NCBI RefSeq assembly: GCF_001194135.2
Contig: NC_068989.1
Span: 75,315,287-75,378,984, forward strand
Direction of reading: 5' to 3'
Length of the DNA: 63,698 nucleotides
DNA from: Octopus bimaculoides
Lineage: Eukaryota
The notes below the pieces were generated by a model. The model was given only the letters and a program-made list of their open reading frames with translations. It was not told the DNA's origin and ran no database searches. How positions within the stretch are numbered: the first letter of the stretch is position 1; the number at the start of each line of letters is the position of its first letter. The position numbers and the translations under genes were made by a program. This document shows, in pieces, positions 12,509-25,666 of this stretch.

Positions 12509-14986
12509 ACACCAACTATAGTAGATATGTGTGTATATATCTGTATGTCTTTATGTGTGTCTATGTAGAAGTTTTATTCAATGGGATATAATGTCCTTTT
12601 GCGTGTGTGCGTGTATGTGTCTATGTCTTTTATATATGATGTGATGTCTTTATTTAGTGTTAGTAAGTCTTTACAGATGTAGTAAAACAAACGAAAACCA
12701 AAAATACAAAACAAAACTCTGCCTTTCTACTGAAACACTCTGGGAATAGGATGGAACATGAACACCAGTAACAGAAAGCTGTGACTTAAGCAACTGCAGC
12801 TGTTTCTCTTATGTCGTTACTGAGAGACTCCCAGTAACATAGACACTCTCTATGCGGTCACCCAACCCAGTAGAAGTAGCAGCCAAATCTCTCTTAAATT
12901 TGAACCACACCTTATTGTCTTAATGGATACATTAGATAATATAGTCTGGGTTGGGCAATTATCTCTTACTTGTTTCAGTCATTAGACTGGGGCCATGCTG
13001 GAGCACTGCCTTCTTGAAGGATTTTTAGTTGAATGAATTGACCTCCAGTACCTATTTCTTTTAAAGCCTGGTATTTTATTCTGTCAGTCTCTTTTTGCTG
13101 AACTGCATAGTTACAAGTACGTAAACCCACCAACACTGTCTGTCGGACAGGGATGGGGGACAAACAGACACAAAAGACACGCAATGCAGGCTTCTTTCAG
13201 TTTCTGTCTACCAAATCCACTCACAAGACTTTGGTTGGCCCAAGGATACAATAGAAGACATTTGCCCAAGGTGCCACGGAACCATGTGATTGCAAAGCAA
13301 GCTTTTTACCACACAGCTATGCTTGCACCTATAACTCTTGAAAATAAGATGAGATGGTCATGGTTTGGAATGCCATTTTGGTGATCAGTCTGCTTGATTA
13401 GTGCCAACTTGAGTGTTAACAACAACAAAAACAAACATGGTTACAGTTAAAGGATGCAAGCAGACATATGTTACACAATATTTCTTTCTCTCTAAGGCGG
13501 TGAGCTGGCAGAGACGTTAGAACACCGGGTGAAATGCTTCGTAGTATTTTGTCTGTCTTTATGTTCTGAGTTCAAATTCCACCGACATTGACTTTGCCTT
13601 TCATCCTTTTTGGGATTCGATAAATTAAGTACCAGTTGCGTACTGGGGTCAATCTAATCGACTGGTCCCTCCTCCCCCCAAATTTCGGGCCTTGTGCCTA
13701 GAGTAGAAAAGATTATTATTTTGTTAAAGGTGGCAATCTGGCAGAAACATTAGCACACCAGGCGAAATGCTTAGCGGTATTCCACTGAGATCGACTTTGC
13801 TTTTCATCCTTTCAGGGTCGATAAATTAAGTGCCAGTTGCATACTGGGGTCGATCTAATCGACTGACCCCCCCCCCTTCCCCAAAAATTTTGGGCCTCGT
13901 GCCTAGCGTAGAAAAGAATACTTCTTTCTCTATCTTGCTATTGTAATCCTCCTCACTAGCGTCATCACATCTCCACATCACTTTGACCTCACCTTCCCCC
14001 CACATCCCATGATGGTGGTAGTACACACATGCATGTGTGTTTGTGTGTGTGTGTGTGTGTAAGGGTGTCTCTCTTAGCAAAAGGAGAACAAAAAGCATGG
14101 AAGTGACGTTACCTTCCTTGCCTTCGCTCTCTTTCTCTGGCGGCTGTATTTATTACTAAACGGCAATGTCAACAGGAGTGAGAAATATATGAAGGAACTC
14201 AATGAACTGATATATGTATGTGTTTATGTATATACATATGTGTGTGTGTGTGTGTGTGTGTACTTGTAATATATGCTGGAGGTGGCTGTTGTGTAGAAAA
14301 AGAATGTTTTATGCATAATCAGTCTTCCTTATGGCTTTCACTCCATTCCATTTCCTGGTTTGTTGTCACCACCACCATTATTATTGTGGTAGAAAACATT
14401 CCATTATATATATATATATATATATATATATNNNNNNNNNNNNNNNNNNNNNNNNNNNNNNNNNNNNNNNNNNNNNNNNNNNNNNNNNNNNNNNNNNNNN
14501 NNNNNNNNNNNNNNNNNNNNNNNNNNNNNNNNNNNNNNNNNNNNNNNNNNTATTATTATTATTATTATTATTATTATTTTATTTTTCTTCTGGAGTGGGA
14601 GAAGTGAAATTTCTGCCCCTCCTGTCTCACTCAAACAATTATCTGATTCTGGAATGTCTTTTAAGACTTCCGGTTTTTTTCTTTTTTTTTTTTTTTTCCA
14701 TTTTTTGTATTCTAGTTTCTATAATCTGAATCATATTTGTTGCCAGCGATCTGGTAGTTAGTTATATAGTGGTTTTCATTAAAAAGAAGAAAGAAAAATT
14801 ATGCTTAATGCTTTGTCCAAGCAATCATCATCATTATAGTCATCATCCATCAATATCATCACCAAACCTCACCCCATCATTATCATCATCATCATTGTAT
14901 TTCTTACATTTGCTTTTCCATACTGGTATGGGTTGAAAGGGACTTTTCTGAAGCAATGTTTTATGGCTAGATACCCTTCCTTTTGT

Positions 14987-15127
14987 GTGGAGGCGCAATG
15001 GCCCAGTGGTTAGGGTACACGTGTCTGTGGAGTGCTCAGCCACTTGCACGTTAATTTCACGAGCAGGCTGTTCCGTTGATCGGATCAACTAGAACCCTCG
15101 ACGTTGTAAGCGATGGAGTGCCAACAA
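14987..15127 (+). mobile_element. SINE family C with internal deletion
   Basis: Head GAGGCGCAATGGCCCAGTGGTTAGGG is joined directly to the 3' part TACACGTGTCTGTGG...GAGTGCCAACAAC. Confidence 0.8.
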
Positions 15128-15167
15128 CCCTTCCTGTTGCCAGGTCTTTCTTTGTTGTCGTTTACAG

Positions 15168-15237
15168 CACACAGGCAAGAAAACAATGTACCCATTCTAA
15201 TAATCCTGGCATGTTACCAACGCTCATCTGATTCTAA
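15168..15237 (+). CDS. Candidate internal coding exon of an unidentified gene (HRQENNVPILIILACYQRSSDS)
   Basis: Acceptor ctttctttgttgtcgtttacAG and donor GTaaga. 70 nt (2 + 22 codons + 2); only one frame is open. The 2-nt overhang aa joins the next exon's first base a to give Lys. Confidence 0.6.
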
Positions 15238-16346
15238 GTAAGATAATATTTCCCCTGGTTCTTCTAACACAAACATCACAAGAGTCAGACATGGTTTTGT
15301 GGAAGATTGCAAATGAGTGACACTGCTTGTATGACAGTGAGGTTCATTTACTGAAAATTAGATTCATCTTTATTGAAGAGATGAAAGTCTGGGCATTTAT
15401 AAATTGAAGGGTCTGTTCTGTTGATTACTTGACCAACTAGAAATAGCAGCAAAATGTCCCACAATTATACTGTAGCACGTTAAAAATAAAATAAAATAAA
15501 GGATACTTTAGATAGCGTATACTCTCTTTTACTCTTTTACCTGTTTCAGTCATTTGACTGTGGCCATGCTGGAGCACCGCCTTTAGTCGAGCAAATCGAC
15601 CCCAGGACTTATTCTTTGAAAGCCTAGCACTTATTCTATCGGTCTCTTTTGCCGAACTGCTAAGTTATGGGGACGTAAACACACCAGCATCGGTTGTCAG
15701 GCGATGTTGGGGGGACAAACACACACACACAAACATAAATACACACANNNNNNNNNNNNNNNNNNNNNNNNNNNNNNNNNNNNNNNNNNNNNNNNNNNNN
15801 NNNNNNNNNNNNNNNNNNNNNNNNNNNNNNNNNNNNNNNNNNNNNNNNNNNNNNNNNNNNNNNNNNNNNNNNNNNNNNNNNNNNNNNNNNNNNNNNNNNN
15901 NNNNNNNNNNNNNNNNNNNNNNNNNNNNNNNNNNNNNNNNNNNNNNNNNNNNNNNNNNNNNNNNNNNNNNNNNNNNNNNNNNNNNNNNNNNNNNNNNNNN
16001 NNNNNNNNNNNNNNNNNNNNNNNNNNNNNNNNNNNNNNNNNNNNNNNNNNNNNNNNNNNNNNNNNNNNNNNNNNNNNNNNNNNNNNNNNNNNNNNNNNNN
16101 NNNNNNNNNNNNNNNNNNNNNNNNNNNNNNNNNNNNNNNNNNNNNNNNNNNNNNNNNNNNNNNNNNNNNNNNNNNNNNNNNNNNNNNNNNNNNNNNNNNN
16201 NNNNNNNNNNNNNNNNNNNNNNNNNNNNNNNNNNNNNNNNNNNNNNNNNNNNNNNNNNNNNNNNNNNNNNNNNNNNNNNNNNNNNNNNNNNNNNNNNNNN
16301 NNNNNNNNNNNNNNNNNNNNNNNNNNNNNNNNNNNNNNNNNNNNNG

Positions 16347-16678
16347 GCACCTTGGGCAAGTGTCTTCTAATATAGCCTCGGGCTGACCAAAGCCTTGTGA
16401 GTGGATTTGGTAGATGGAAACTAAAAGAAGCCTGTCGTATATATGTATATGTATATATATATGTGTGTGTTTGTGTGTCTGTGTTTGTCCCCCCAACATC
16501 GCTTGACAATCGATGTTGGTATGTTTAGGTGCCCGTAACTTAGTGGTTCGGCAAAAGAGTCCGATAGAATAAGTACTAGGCTTACAAAGAATAACTCCTG
16601 TGGTCGATTTGCTTGACTAGAGGTAGTGCTCCAGCATGGCCACAGTCAAATGACTGAAACAAGTAAAAGAATAAAAGA
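16347..16678 (+). mobile_element. SINE family A (intronic, head lost in gap)
   Basis: Family consensus; a minus-strand 3' half lies at 15524-15747 on the other side of the gap. Confidence 0.8.
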
Positions 16679-16873
16679 ACATATGCAACAGGCTTCGACA
16701 CAGCTTCTGTCTGTCAAATTTACTCACAACATATTGGTTGGCCCCGGGCTATAATAAAAGACACCCAAGGTGCCATGAAGTGGGACCGAACCTGGAACTA
16801 CATGGTTGCAAAGCAAGCATCTTTACCACACAGCCCAGCCGTTCCTTATGCCTATGTAGCTTGTAGTTCTTAG

Positions 16874-16978
16874 ATACATTCTGAATGAAGCAAAGAATGG
16901 TCATACTTTGAATATCACGGACCATAAGACTCGGTCGGCTTTGTTAGGACTGAACTGGTGCATAACAGCACCAACAGG
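16874..16978 (+). CDS. Candidate internal coding exon (YILNEAKNGHTLNITDHKTRSALLGLNWCITAPT)
   Basis: Acceptor ttgtagttcttAG and donor GTaaag. 105 nt with one open frame, phase-compatible with both neighbouring exons. Confidence 0.65.
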
Positions 16979-17062
16979 GTAAAGCTTGTTGATAGTATTG
17001 CATGACTTGGCATTTGGTGTGATTGTTTTACAAATAATACTGTGAAACTGATTGGTTTTCAG

Positions 17063-17144
17063 TGGACAAATATTTGATAGCTTGTTTGTTGAAGACAAAT
17101 TCATGCCGGAAATATTTATGTTACTTAGTGAAACTGAAGCTTGA
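17063..17144 (+). CDS. Candidate coding exon (GQIFDSLFVEDKFMPEIFMLLSETEA*), possibly terminal
   Basis: Follows an 84-nt GT..AG intron (16979-17062) with ctgat and ttggttttcAG. In frame with the previous exon to TGA at 17142-17144. No nearby AATAAA, so it may instead splice out at a weak donor before the stop. Confidence 0.55.
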
Positions 17145-17254
17145 TGGGATAAGAGACCCTCTCTCTTTCTCTTTTTGTGTATGCGTGTGAATGTATATGT
17201 ATGCATGTATGTCTGTATGTATATATGTATGTATGTATGTTTTCATTCTTCTTT

Positions 17255-18050
17255 TATTCTTTGACTTGTTTCAGTCATTTGACTGCAGCCATGCTGGAGC
17301 ACCGCCTTTAGTCGTGCAAATCGACCCTAGTATTTATTCTTTGTAAGCCTAATACTTATTCTAGTGGTCTCTTTTGCTGAACCGCTAAGTTACGGGACAT
17401 AAACACATCAGCATCGGTTGTCAAACGATGTTGGGGGGAACGAACACAGACCCCCCCCACACACACACGAAGGGCTTCTTTTAGTTTCCATTTACCAAAT
17501 TCACTCACAAGGCTTTGATCGGCCCGAGGCTATAATAGAAGACACTTGCCCAAGGTGCCATGCAGCGGGACTGAACCCGGAGCCATATCTATTATCTTTT
17601 TTTTTGTTTTTTTGTTTCATTTGGAAGATTTAGTTGGACATAGTACTTCTTTTTAAGTTTAGTATTTATTCTATTGATGTCTTTTGCCAAACTGCTAAGT
17701 TGCAGGTATGTAAACAAACCAGCACCAGCTGTCAAACAGTGGTTGGAGACAGACAGACAGACAGACAGACAGACACACATTATCTATTCAGCAGTATCAT
17801 TCATTTCCAATATTCTGCGATAAACTTGCTTCAGTCATTTGACTGTGGCCATGCTGGAGCACTGCCTTTAGTCAAACAAATCAACCCCCAGGGCTTAATC
17901 TTTGTAAGCCTCATACTTATTCTATCGGTCTCTTTTGCCGAACCACTAAGTTACTGGGACATAAACACCAATATCAGTTGTCAGGCGATGGTGAGGGGAC
18001 AAACACAGACACATAGATACATACATATACATACATACATACATACATGC

Positions 18051-18132
<82 letters not shown>

Positions 18133-18285
18133 CTGGTTTCTTTCAGTTTCTGTCTACCAAATAAACTCACAAAGGTTTGGTCAGCTCGAGGCTATAGTGG
18201 AAGACCCTTGCCCAAGGTGTCATGTAGTGGGACTGAACCTGGAACCATGTGGTTGGGAAGCAAGCTTCTTACCACACAGCCACTC
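17255..18285 (-). mobile_element. Cluster of family A SINEs (about 17255-17585, a fragment, and 17826-18285)
   Basis: Repeated reverse-complement consensus with internal microsatellites. Confidence 0.8.
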
Positions 18286-19084
18286 CTTCACCTGGGGAAA
18301 TATCACTTTGCTTTGCTATATGTGTGTGATATATAGAGTTCTAATATTGGTGTCTGACTTTTGGCCCACCCTGTACTTTGACCAATGTAAGCATGGAAAA
18401 TTGAATGTTAAAACAATGATGGTGATGATTTCTGGAACACATTTGGTCATCTTTGCTTGGTCAGGAATGACTTGGGGATAAACAACAACATCACACTTCA
18501 GGAAAACGAATATTTCTTTGTCAATATTTTTGTTTCTTAAGGTGGTGAGTTGGCAGAAACATTAGCATGCCTGGTGGAATGCTTAGCGGTATTTCATCTG
18601 CGTTACGTTCCAAGTTCAAATTCCCCTGAGGTCAACTTTGCCTTTCATCCTTTTGGGGTCGATAAATTAAGTACCAGTTACGCGCTGGTGTCGATGTAAT
18701 CGACTTACTTAATCCCTTTGTCTGTCCGATGTTTAACCCTTTGTGGGCAATAAAGAAATAAGAAATAGTAACCAAATCACCCTCAAATCAGACCCTGTCA
18801 AAATGATATATTGAATAATGTGGTCTCTGGAATCTTGTGCATTCAAAAAAAAAAAAAACAAAAAAAAAACAAAAAAAACTAGTCAGTTATGTCTGGTGAA
18901 ATTCTTGGCAGTATTTTGTCTGTCTTTACATTCCGAGTTCAAATTCCGCTGAGGTTGACTTTGCCTTTCATTCTTTCAGAGTCAATAAATTAAGTACCAG
19001 TTGTGTACTGGGGTTGATCTAATCGACTGGCTGCCTCCCCAAAAATTTTGGGCCTTGTGCCTAGAATGGAAAAGAATATTTTTG

Positions 19085-19470
19085 TTTAATTTTTTAGACC
19101 CCCCCCATTTTCTCCATAGTCTTTTTCACTTGTTGATTTTTCTTTCATTTTCTTTTTCCTTCTCCTATCTCCTCACCTTTCCCCGTTTTCTTTCGTTTCC
19201 TTCTTCTTCTTTCTCTTGTGTCTCCTTCCTCTCTTTCTTTTGCATCTTTTCCCTCTTCTCTGTCGTCTTTCTCCTTTCTCTCTCCCACTTCTCATTATTC
19301 TCCCATTCTCCATCATCGTCTTTGTCTTTTCTTTCTCCTTTGTCTTGTCTTTCCCTCTTCTCTTTCTTTCCCTTTATTATTCATCCTCTTTGTCTTCTTC
19401 TCACTTCATCTTTTCCTATCCATCATCTAGCCCCCTCCCCTCATCCCATACTTCCTCAGCCTCCCCCACA
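19085..19470. repeat. Polypyrimidine (CT-rich) low-complexity tract
   Basis: About 390 nt, mostly C/T on the + strand. Comparable purine tracts at 26640-26860 and 34590-34812. Confidence 0.85.
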
Positions 19471-19892
19471 TTCTGGCAGAAGTGAGATTAGGAGATTATT
19501 AGCACTATATTTTTTTATTTGTTTATTTATTTGGTTCTGGATTGTCATGTGATTGCTTATAGGGATTACTCATCATGTATGTATGTATGTATGCATGCAT
19601 GTGGCTATTTCTGCATGTATGCATGTGGTTATGTATGTGCGCACATGGTTATGTATTCATGTATGCATGCATGTGGCTATATCTTTATGTATGTATGCTT
19701 CTATGCATGTCGTTATGTATGTGTATATGTGTGTATGCATTTGTTTGCCTTATCAACATAACCAGGTTAGTAAAGCAAGTGGACTTTTTCATTATTGTTG
19801 AAGACAAGTCTCTAAATTAGCTTCTTGCTGGAACCAAATGTATTCCTTGCCACCACTATGGCTACCACTACCACAACTACATACATACATCA

Positions 19893-19926
<34 letters not shown>

Positions 19927-19951
19927 CATACATTCCACTGTGCAATCATAG

Positions 19952-19991
19952 CTTAACAACACTGAACATTGTTCATTACCAAAGCACTTGG
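19952..19991 (+). CDS. Weak candidate 40-nt exon
   Basis: catAG acceptor and consensus donor G/GTAAGT. Two frames are open (LNNTEHCSLPKHL or LTTLNIVHYQSTW). No homology recognised. Confidence 0.2.
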
Positions 19992-20047
19992 GTAAGTAGT
20001 GTAATTACATTTTGAGTTAATGACTCAAAGACTTTGGTGCAAAACTG

Positions 20048-20094
<47 letters not shown>

Positions 20095-20545
20095 AAGCTA
20101 GCCTCAGTAATTCTCTTAGTTTAAGGTCTTTTCAGTGTTTGTTGTGGTCCAGTGGAGTTTGGATCAAGCTTGATAGAAAGGGTGAATGATGGCTGCTACT
20201 GCTACTGTTTTTGTTGTTGTCGTTATTTAACCCTAGGCTAGTTCCAATCCAGCAGACCACAAAGGTAGTTGGTTGAATTAAGTGCAAACCACAGATCTTT
20301 TGTTTCAGTTGTATCATGCAACAGCATAGCTAAGGGCCATGCTGCACACCCCAAAATGTAGAAAGTCATTGTTTGTTGTTGTTTAGCCCTAGGTCAACAC
20401 TAATCAAACAGACCTGTGATCAAAAGTATGCCAGCCATAACTGACTAGTTTTTTGTTTTTTGAATGCGCAAGATTCCAGAGACCACATTATTCAATATAT
20501 CATTTTGACAGGGTCTGATTTGAGGGTGATTTGGTTGCTATTTCT

Positions 20546-20777
20546 TATTTCTTTATTGCTCACATGGGGCTAAACATAGAGGGGACAAACAAGGACAGAC
20601 AAAGGGGTTAAGTCGATTACATCGACCCCAGTGCGTAACTGGTACTTATTTAATTCACCCCGAAAAGATGAAATGCTATGTCGACCTTGGCGGAATTTGA
20701 ACTCAAAACGTAGCGGCAGATGAAATACCGCTAAGCATTTCGCCTGGTGTGCTAACGTTTCTGCTAGCTCGTTGCCG
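20546..20777 (-). mobile_element. tRNA-derived SINE family B with 15-bp TSD TTGGTTGCTATTTCT
   Basis: Head GGCAACGAGCTAGCAGAAACGTTAG, B box GAGTTCAAATTCC. TSD at 20531-20545 and 20778-20792. Confidence 0.88.
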
Positions 20778-22176
20778 TTGGTTGCTATTTCTAACAGGTC
20801 AAATGAAGGTCATGAAAATACTCCTTCACTTGACATTTAACTGTATGGTAAAGTAATTTTCTCAAGTCATGCTGACTCATAAGGGCCGGTTTACCAGTTT
20901 CGTGACGTATATATTCCCTACCTGGACTGGACGCCAGTTCATTGTAGGATTACTCATTTTTGCCAGCTGAGTGGACTGGTGCAATGTGAAACGAAGTGTT
21001 TTACCCAAGAACACAACACATCACCCAGTCCAGGAATTGAAACCTCAGCCTTACAATCATGAGTCCAACACCTAAGCCCCGAAACCATGTGTCACCATAA
21101 TTAACTGTATAGAGGTACCAGGTTGCCACCTGGACATGCTGTACTCTCTCCACCATCCAATTTATTTCAGTATACCTGCAGATTCTGATTGTTGTTGTTT
21201 AACCCTAGGTCAACCCTGATGAGTAGATCTATGATCAAAGACATTCCAGCCATGACCATCCCCATCCCCATTTTTTCCCTATGAGCTGGGTACCCAGGAT
21301 GGCATTTTCCAAAATGACCAAGTCATGATTTGTCGGAATTTAGCTGCCACTTTTTGCAGGTTGAGTGATCATGTAAGAGATTCCCTCATTGGTCATATAG
21401 ATTTTGGTGTGATGGCCACAACTGATTCAGCCAAGATGGACATGGCCAAAGACTGACTTTTTCTTTTCTCATCTAGAGAATTGGTAGTAGGATCTTTTAT
21501 TGTTTTCCTCATTTGCTTGTTTTTGTTGGTTTGTTTAATGTCCCTTTTTTCCCCCCCTGCCAGCATGGGTTTGGATGATGGGGGCAGGTGATGAGTTACT
21601 TGAGACAGGTTTTTGCGACTGGATACTCTTTCTGTTGCCAACTCCTGTTTTCACGTAAGGTCTCTGAATGCTCGGAGTGGCTGGTCTGGTTTTTATGTCA
21701 ACGAGGAATGTCAACATCAATAATGCTTTACTCAACTGGTGCTGAATATCCACATTCATGCACATTTATGCACATGTACACACACACACATGTATATATG
21801 CATGTGCAGGTGTAGCTCTGTGGTAAGAAGCTTGCTTCCCAAACACATAGTTCCAAGTTCAGTCTCACTATGTGACAATTGGGAAAGTGTCTTCTACTAT
21901 AGCCTCTAGCCAACTAAAGCCTTATGAGTAGATTTGGTACATGGAAACTGAAAGAAGTCTATCATGTGACTGGCCCTCGTGCCGGTGGCACGTAAAAGCA
22001 CCCACTACACTCTCGGAGTGGTTGGCGTTAGGAAGGGCATCAAGCTGTAGAAACTCTGCCAGATCAGATTGGATCCTGGTGCAGCCTTCTGGCTTGCAAG
22101 TCCTCAGTCAAATCGTCCAACCCATGCTAGCATGGAAAGTGGATGTTAAACGATGATGATGATGATAATGATGATA

Positions 22177-22212
<36 letters not shown>

Positions 22213-25200
22213 GTGTTTGTGTCTGTGTTTGGCCATCCCCTACCATTGCTTGACAACCGATGTTGGTGTGTTTACATCCTCATAACTTAGTGGTTTGGCT
22301 AAAGAAACCAATAGAATAAGTACCAGGCTTACAAAGAATAAGTCCTGGTGTTAATTTGTTCAACTAAAACCCCTTAAGGTGGTGCTCCAGCATGACCACA
22401 GTCAAATGACTGAAACAAGTAAAAGAATAAAAGAATATAAATATGTGTGTGTGTGTGGCATGGCTGTGTGGTGAGAAACCACGATTTTGGGTTCAAACCC
22501 ACTGCGTGGAGCTTTGTGGAGGTTTCTTCTATAATAGTAGAACAACAACCAAAGCCTTATTTGTGAATTGGTAGATGGAAACTAAAAGAAGCCCATCATA
22601 TGTATGTGTGTGCTTAACTGTCTCCTTGCCTTGACATCACATTATAAGTGTCACCATCACGTAGGTGGTGTCCTTCATTTTCAGTCTTCTGTGAAAATAT
22701 GTCTGGTCATGGGAAATATTACCTTGCTTGGAAACAGGTGAGGGTTGGTAACAGGAAGTGCGTCCAGCTGTAGAAGATCCATCATAGCAGATTCCATCTG
22801 ACCTTCGTAAGGATGGGAAAGCTGATGTTAAAATGGTGACATGAGATATGCACTGGCTCGGGAATAAAATTTGCTTAGAGGGTGCAAACCCAGGTTCAAA
22901 TCTTTTTACAAACAAGGTCTTTTTTTTTTTCTGTTATTTATTTTTGTGTTTTGTTCTTTGAAAAGGAACCTAACTTTCAAGCTACTTTTTACACATCACT
23001 TTTTATTCACTGTTTTGAGGAAAATAATTAGGGGTGCAAATTTTGGTTCTGCACTCCTCAAAAATTCTAGGGGGTGCGCTTGCACCACCTGCACCTCCCT
23101 GTTCCCGGGCCCATGGCCATATATGATGAGCTTTCTGCAGTTTCTGTCTAGCAAGTTCCTTCATAAGGTATTGATTGGCATGGGGGCTATAGTAGAAGAC
23201 AGTTTGCTCAAGGTGGGTTCATACTGGGCCACATGGTTAAGAAGTGCACTTCTTCACCATGCAGCCTTGCCTGTTCCTATACAGTTAACGGTGGCGGTGG
23301 TGGTGGTATGCATCATACTGTTTGAAGCTTTCAAGGCTAGTGATACAGCATATATTTGTTTTGTTTGTAATTTTGCTATTGAGAGAGAGAGAGAGAGGTG
23401 GTGGTGGAAGAGAAAGGAAAATGGTAGAGAAGAGAAAGTTCACTGCAGCAGCAGCAGCAGCAGCGGTAGAAGTATTTTTTGTTTTTTTTTCCCTCTTCCT
23501 ATATTTTTATTTATTTTTTTTTTTAGAACATTTTCAACCCTCTGCAGTCAGTAGAATCTGTGGTTTCACTTACATGAATAAAAATAAAATATACTAATAA
23601 AACAAGATAAAACAATCAAAGTGATGAAATCTGATTAATGTTTCATTAACCTAGATTCAAATAGCTTTAATTAGCACCTCACCTAACTACACATTCATTA
23701 ACCACTCACCAAACTTCCCTGCTCAACAGACACTTTAAAATGTTTCTTCTAGAATATTCTGATCATTTTATTTGCTAAATAAATTATTTTATTATTTTTT
23801 TTCAATTAGTTTTACTTTTTTTCTTAAGTTATTTTTGTTTAGTATTACATCCACACTAACATAAATATAGATAAACTACATTGAATTTACTTATATATAG
23901 GTGCAGGCATGGCTGTGTGGTAAGAAGTTCGCTTCTCAGCCACATGGTTCCGGGTTCAGTCCCACTGTATGACATCTTGGGCAAATGTCTTCTACTACAG
24001 CCTAGGGCCAACCAAAGCCTTGTGAGTAGATTTGGTGGTAGGCAGAAACTGAAAGAACCCCTTCGAATATATATATATATGTGCGCTTTAATGGGGGATT
24101 TGGCTGCTATTTCTTAGCAACCCTATGATAAGAAGTTCACTTCATAACCGCATAGGTCCAGGTTCAGTCCCACTGTGTGGAATCTTGAGCAAGTGCCTGC
24201 TACTGTAGACTTGGGTTGACCAGAGCCTTGTGAGTGGATTTGGTTCACAGAAAATGAAAGAAGCCCATCGTGTGTGTGTGTGCGTGCACGCGTGCTTGTG
24301 TGTGTCTTTGTGCTTGTGTTTGTTTTCCACTACTACTTGACAACTGGTGTTAGTTTGTTTACATCCCTGTAACTTAGTGGTTTGGCAAAAAGTGACTGAT
24401 AGAATAAGTAGTAGGCTTAAGGAAAAAAAAGTACTAGGGTTGATTTGTTTGACTAAGTCCTTGAAGGCGGTGCCCCAGCATGGCTACAGTCCACTGACTG
24501 AAACAAATAAAAGATAATTCTCTAGAGGTTCCCTTCAATATATCATGTACAGGCCCTTTTTTCACTGGTGCTAAGAGTTCACTTCCTGCAAGAGAGACCT
24601 AACATTGCTGTATCTATTTGTATGGTTGTTTCAGTTTTGTCTGGATGACAACAGAACATTTTTATTTTTCGCTTTTGCAAGCAGTATTTGAGTAATCAAT
24701 ATTTTGTAGCGATCGGGCAGTAGGTTGTAAAAATAAGCTAAATCCAGGTACCGTCCGAGGAAGCTGGAGAAGTACCGGTTAGTGATGGCTGTGGTGGCAG
24801 TGGAGGCGGCAGCAGTGATGAAGTAGTGGTGAGATTCAGTATGGCTGGCAGTAGCAGGGGATTAGGAGAGAATGATGTCATTTCTGAATTTAGTTAGTGG
24901 ATATGATTCACATGTTAAATTAAAATTTCTTCACGCTGCAATAGTTTGTATGATGTTCAATTAGGGACGAAATTCTTAAGGCAAAGCACATGACGATAAG
25001 CAATTGATTTTGATGGGAAGTGTTGTAATCTGACGATTTTCTCTTTCTTTCTTACTCTTTCTCTCCTTCTCATTCTTTCTTTTTTTCTCTCTCTCTCACT
25101 TTATCCCCCCCCACCCTCTGCTGTTGTTGGGTTGTCCCATTTAGCCTCAAAAAGACATGATTGATACACTTGTTTCTTGCTTTTAGTAACAAATTACACA

Positions 25201-25614
25201 GTTCAGCAGTGATGTTTTATATTTTCATTGTTTGTTAGTTTATGCTTGTGTTTTGTATGTATTTTTGTTGTGTATACACCCACACATGTACACACACACA
25301 CATACACACATGTATATGGACACACATGCCTATACAAACACACGCACGCATGCAGACACGCACACACGTGCCAACAGTCTTGTGTGGGCATTTTGTACAG
25401 ATAATAAATACAACAATGAAAATGGATGAAAATACCTTGTAATCTTATTCTTGAGAAATGAAGAAATTATTGGGAAATTTTTATATGATGCAATGTGAGA
25501 AAATGAGTATGTGTATATATGTGAGTATATATCTGCATGTGAGTGTAAACTACATATGTATACACACACACACACTAGCATATATGTGCAGGCAAATACA
25601 CACACACACACACA

Positions 25615-25666
<52 letters not shown>

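Noticed and set aside
16910-16978. Peptide similarities: LLGLNW to the retropepsin LLG-x-D motif, ITAPTG to helicase motif I, and PILI..ALLG..W to RAD51 paralogues or UFSP
   Set aside because: The required partner motifs (D[ST]G, GKT, catalytic residues) are absent; the similarity is too short to name a gene.
16901-17206. 101-aa minus-strand ORF
   Set aside because: It starts in a microsatellite and is antisense to two + strand exons that have good splice sites and phase agreement.
22849-23114. Possible MITE with degenerate TIRs (CACTGGCTCGGGAA / TTCCCGGGCCCATG)
   Set aside because: The TIR match is partial and the flanks give no clear TSD; left unannotated.
23440-23720. (CAG)7 tract and a TAAT-rich cluster as a coding poly-Q/A region or enhancer
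   Set aside because: No spliceable open frame; TAAT is expected by chance in AT-rich DNA.
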